Origin: Heterodontus francisci
Lineage: Eukaryota
Direction of reading: 5' to 3'
DNA: 64,000 nt
Assembly (NCBI RefSeq): GCF_036365525.1
Contig: NC_090378.1
Coordinates: forward strand, 124,667,593-124,731,592
A program made the translations under genes and the position numbers. This document shows, one piece after another, positions 61,001 through 64,000 of this stretch (within the stretch, counting starts at the first letter, position 1; each line of letters starts with the position of its first letter). Under the pieces are notes generated by a model. The model searched no databases. It saw nothing but the letters and a program-made list of their open reading frames with translations, and was not told the origin of the DNA.

Positions 61001-64000
61001 TTATATATAATAAATAATAATGGACACACAGTCCCACCTCCTGCACTGACACATCCCACAGTTATATATAATATATAATAATGGACACACAGTCCCACCT
61101 CCTGTACTGACACATCCCACAGTTATATATAATATATAATAATGGACACACAGTCCCACCTCCTGCACTGACACATCCCAAAGTTATGTATAATATATAA
61201 TAATGGACACACAGTCCCACCTCCGGTACTGACACGTCCCACAGTTATATATAATATATATGAATGGACACACAGTCCCACCTCCTGCACTGCAACATCC
61301 CACAGTTATATATAATATATAATAATGGACACACAGTCCCACCTCCTGTACTGACACATCCCACAGTTATATATAATATATAATAATGGACACACAGTCC
61401 CACCTCCTGTACTGACACATCCCACAGTTATATATAATAAATAAATATTGACACAAAGTCCCACCTCCTGTAATGACACATCCCACAGTTATATATAATA
61501 TATAATAACGGACACACAGTCCCACCTCCTGTATTGACACATCCCACAGTTATATATAATAAATAATAATGGACACACAGTCCCACCTCCTATACTGACA
61601 CATCCTTCAGTTATATATAATATATAATAATGGACACACAGTCCCACCTCCTGTACTGACACATCCCACAGTTATATATAATATATAATAATGGACACAC
61701 AGTCCCACCTCCTGTACTGACACATCCCACAGTTATACATAATATGTAAAAATGGACACAGAGTCCCACCTCCTGTACTGACACATCCCACAGTTATATA
61801 TAATATATAATAATGGACACACAGTCCCACCTCCTGCAATGACACATCCCACATTTATATATAATATATAATAATGGACACACAGTCCCACCTCCTGTAC
61901 TGACACGTCCCACAGTTATATATAATATATAATAATGGACACACAGTCCCACCTCCAGTCAGGACACATCCCACAGTTATATATACTATATAATAATGGA
62001 CACACAGTCCCACCTCCTGCACTGACACATCCCAAAGTTATGTATAATATATAATAATGGACACACAGACCCACCTCCGGTACTGACACGACCCACAGTT
62101 ATATATAATCTATAATAATGGACACACAGTCCCACCTCCTGCACTGCAACATCCCACAGTTATATATAATATATAATAATGGACACACAGTCCCACCTCC
62201 TGTACTGACACATCCCACAGTTATATATAATATATAATAATGGACACAGAGTCCCACCTCCTGTATTGACACATCCCACAGTTATATATAATAAATAAAA
62301 ATTGACACAAAGCCCCACCTCCTGTAATGACACATCCCACAGTTATATATAATATATAATAACGGACACACAGTCCCACCTCCTGTATTGACACATCCCA
62401 CAGTTATATATAATAAATAATAATGGACACACAGTCCCACCTCCTATACTGACACATCCCACAGTTATATATAATATATAATAATGGACACACAGTCCCA
62501 CCTCCTGTACTGACACATCCCACAGTTATATATAATATATAATAATGGACACACAGTCCCACCTCCTGTACTGACACATCCCACAGTTATACATAATATG
62601 TAAAAATGGACACACAGTCCCACCTCCTGTACTGACACATCCCACAGTTATATATAATATATAATAATGGACACACAGTCCCACCTCCTGCAATGACACA
62701 TCCCACAGTTATATATAATATATAATAATGGACACACAGTCCCACATCCTGTACTGACACATCCCACAGTTATATATTATATATAATAATGGAAACAAAG
62801 TCCCACCTCCTGTACTGACACATCCCACAGTTATATATAATAAATAATAATGGACACACAGTCCCACCTCCTGCACTGACACATCCCACAGTTATATATA
62901 ATATATAATAATGGACACACAGTCCCACCTCCTGTACTGACACATCCCACAGTTATATATAATATATAATAATGGACACACAGTCCCACCTCCTGCACTG
63001 ACACATCCCAAAGTTATGTATAATATATAATAATGGACACACAGTCCCACCTCCGGTACTGACACGTCCCACAGTTATATATAATATATAATAATGGACA
63101 CACAGTCCCACCTCCTGCACTGCAACATCCCACAGTTATATATAATATATAATAATGGACACACAGTCCCACCTCCTGTACTGACACATCCCACAGTTAT
63201 ATATAATATATAATAATGGACACACAGTCCCACCTCCTGTATTGACACATCCCACAGTTATATATAATAAATAAATATTGACACAAAGTCCCACCTCCTG
63301 TAATGATACATCCCACAGTTATATATAATATATAATAACGGACACACAGTCCCACCTCCTGTATTGACACATCCCACAGTTATATATAATAAATAATAAT
63401 GGACACACAGTCCCACCTCCTATACTGACACATCCTACAGTTATATATAATATATAATAATGGACACACAGTCCCACCTCCTGTACTGACACATCCCACA
63501 GTTATACATAATATGTAAAAATGGACACAGAGTCCCACCTCCTGTACTGACACATCCCACAGTTATATATAATATATAATAATGGACACACAGTCCCACC
63601 TCCTGCAATGACACATCCCACATTTATATATAATATATAATAATGGACACACAGTCCCACCTCCTGTACTGACACGTCCCACAGTTATATATAATATATA
63701 ATAATGGACACACAGTCCCCCCTCCAGTCAGGACACATCCCACAGTTATATATACTATATAATAATGGACACACAGTCCCACCTCCTGCTCTGACACATC
63801 CCAAAGTTATGTATAATATATAATAATGGACACACAGACCCACCTCCGGTACTGACACGTCCCACAGTTATATATAATCTATAATAATGGACACACAGTC
63901 CCACCTCCTGCACTGCAACATCCCACAGTTATATATAATATATAATAATGGACACACAGTCCCACATCCTGTACTGACACATCCCACAGTTATATATAAT

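Larger units (their letters stand above)
18349..64000 (+). repeat. 61-bp tandem satellite array, right arm (about 748 monomers; continues beyond window end)
   Basis: Same consensus and orientation. It resumes in register after the LINE tail (ATAATAATG-GACACACAGTCCC at 18349). Confidence 0.99.
47653..64000 (+). repeat. Macro-duplication copy 2 (lacks the LINE and the 1401-bp tandem duplication)
   Basis: Shares private monomers with copy 1: aaggtcagag (10981/50120), gactattgcc (10024/49163), ctcttccgac (about 11846/51046), gacacagccc cluster (about 14415-14670/53493-53750). Confidence 0.88.

Noticed and set aside
136-63623. Numerous 60-158 aa minus-strand ORFs (VQEVGLCVHYYILYITVGCVSTGGG...)
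   Set aside because: They translate the satellite. 61 is not a multiple of 3, so the frame cycles every 183 bp, and the minus-strand consensus has one stop per cycle. Longer ORFs arise where a variant removes that stop. Many begin at non-ATG codons.
1-64000. CRISPR-like array (about 40-bp repeat plus about 21-bp spacer)
   Set aside because: The would-be spacers are the same A/T tract each time. There are no cas genes, and the context is eukaryotic (LINE).
1-64000. Host taxon assignment (impression of a cartilaginous fish or other vertebrate)
   Set aside because: This is only an impression from the style of the repeat and LINE. It needs a database search.

Overview
Eukaryotic heterochromatin-type window. 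About 95% of it (roughly 1,000 monomers) is one head-to-tail 61-bp satellite, consensus GGACACACAGTCCCACCTCCTGTACTGACACATCCCACAGTTATATATAATATATAATAAT, all in one orientation. It is interrupted once, at 15488-18348, by a 5'-truncated RTE-clade LINE (partial APE endonuclease, reverse transcriptase and C-terminal Cys/His finger) with an unbroken reading frame, an (AAAG)n tail and a 9-bp target-site duplication. Variant monomers show nested duplications: 3-4-mers, 14/16/23/28/33/39/41-mer higher-order repeats, and a macro-duplication (about 7053-29250 recurring from 47653 to the window end, offset about 35-41 kb). Two paralogous empty sites for the LINE (856-864 and 54557-54565) confirm the insertion to the base. 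The many short minus-strand ORFs are translation artefacts of the satellite. There are no host genes, RNA genes or CRISPR arrays. I cannot demonstrate a new biological system here. The best leads are the satellite architecture, the datable LINE insertion and two localised mutation signatures. All offsets were worked out by hand from the sequence and the ORF track.
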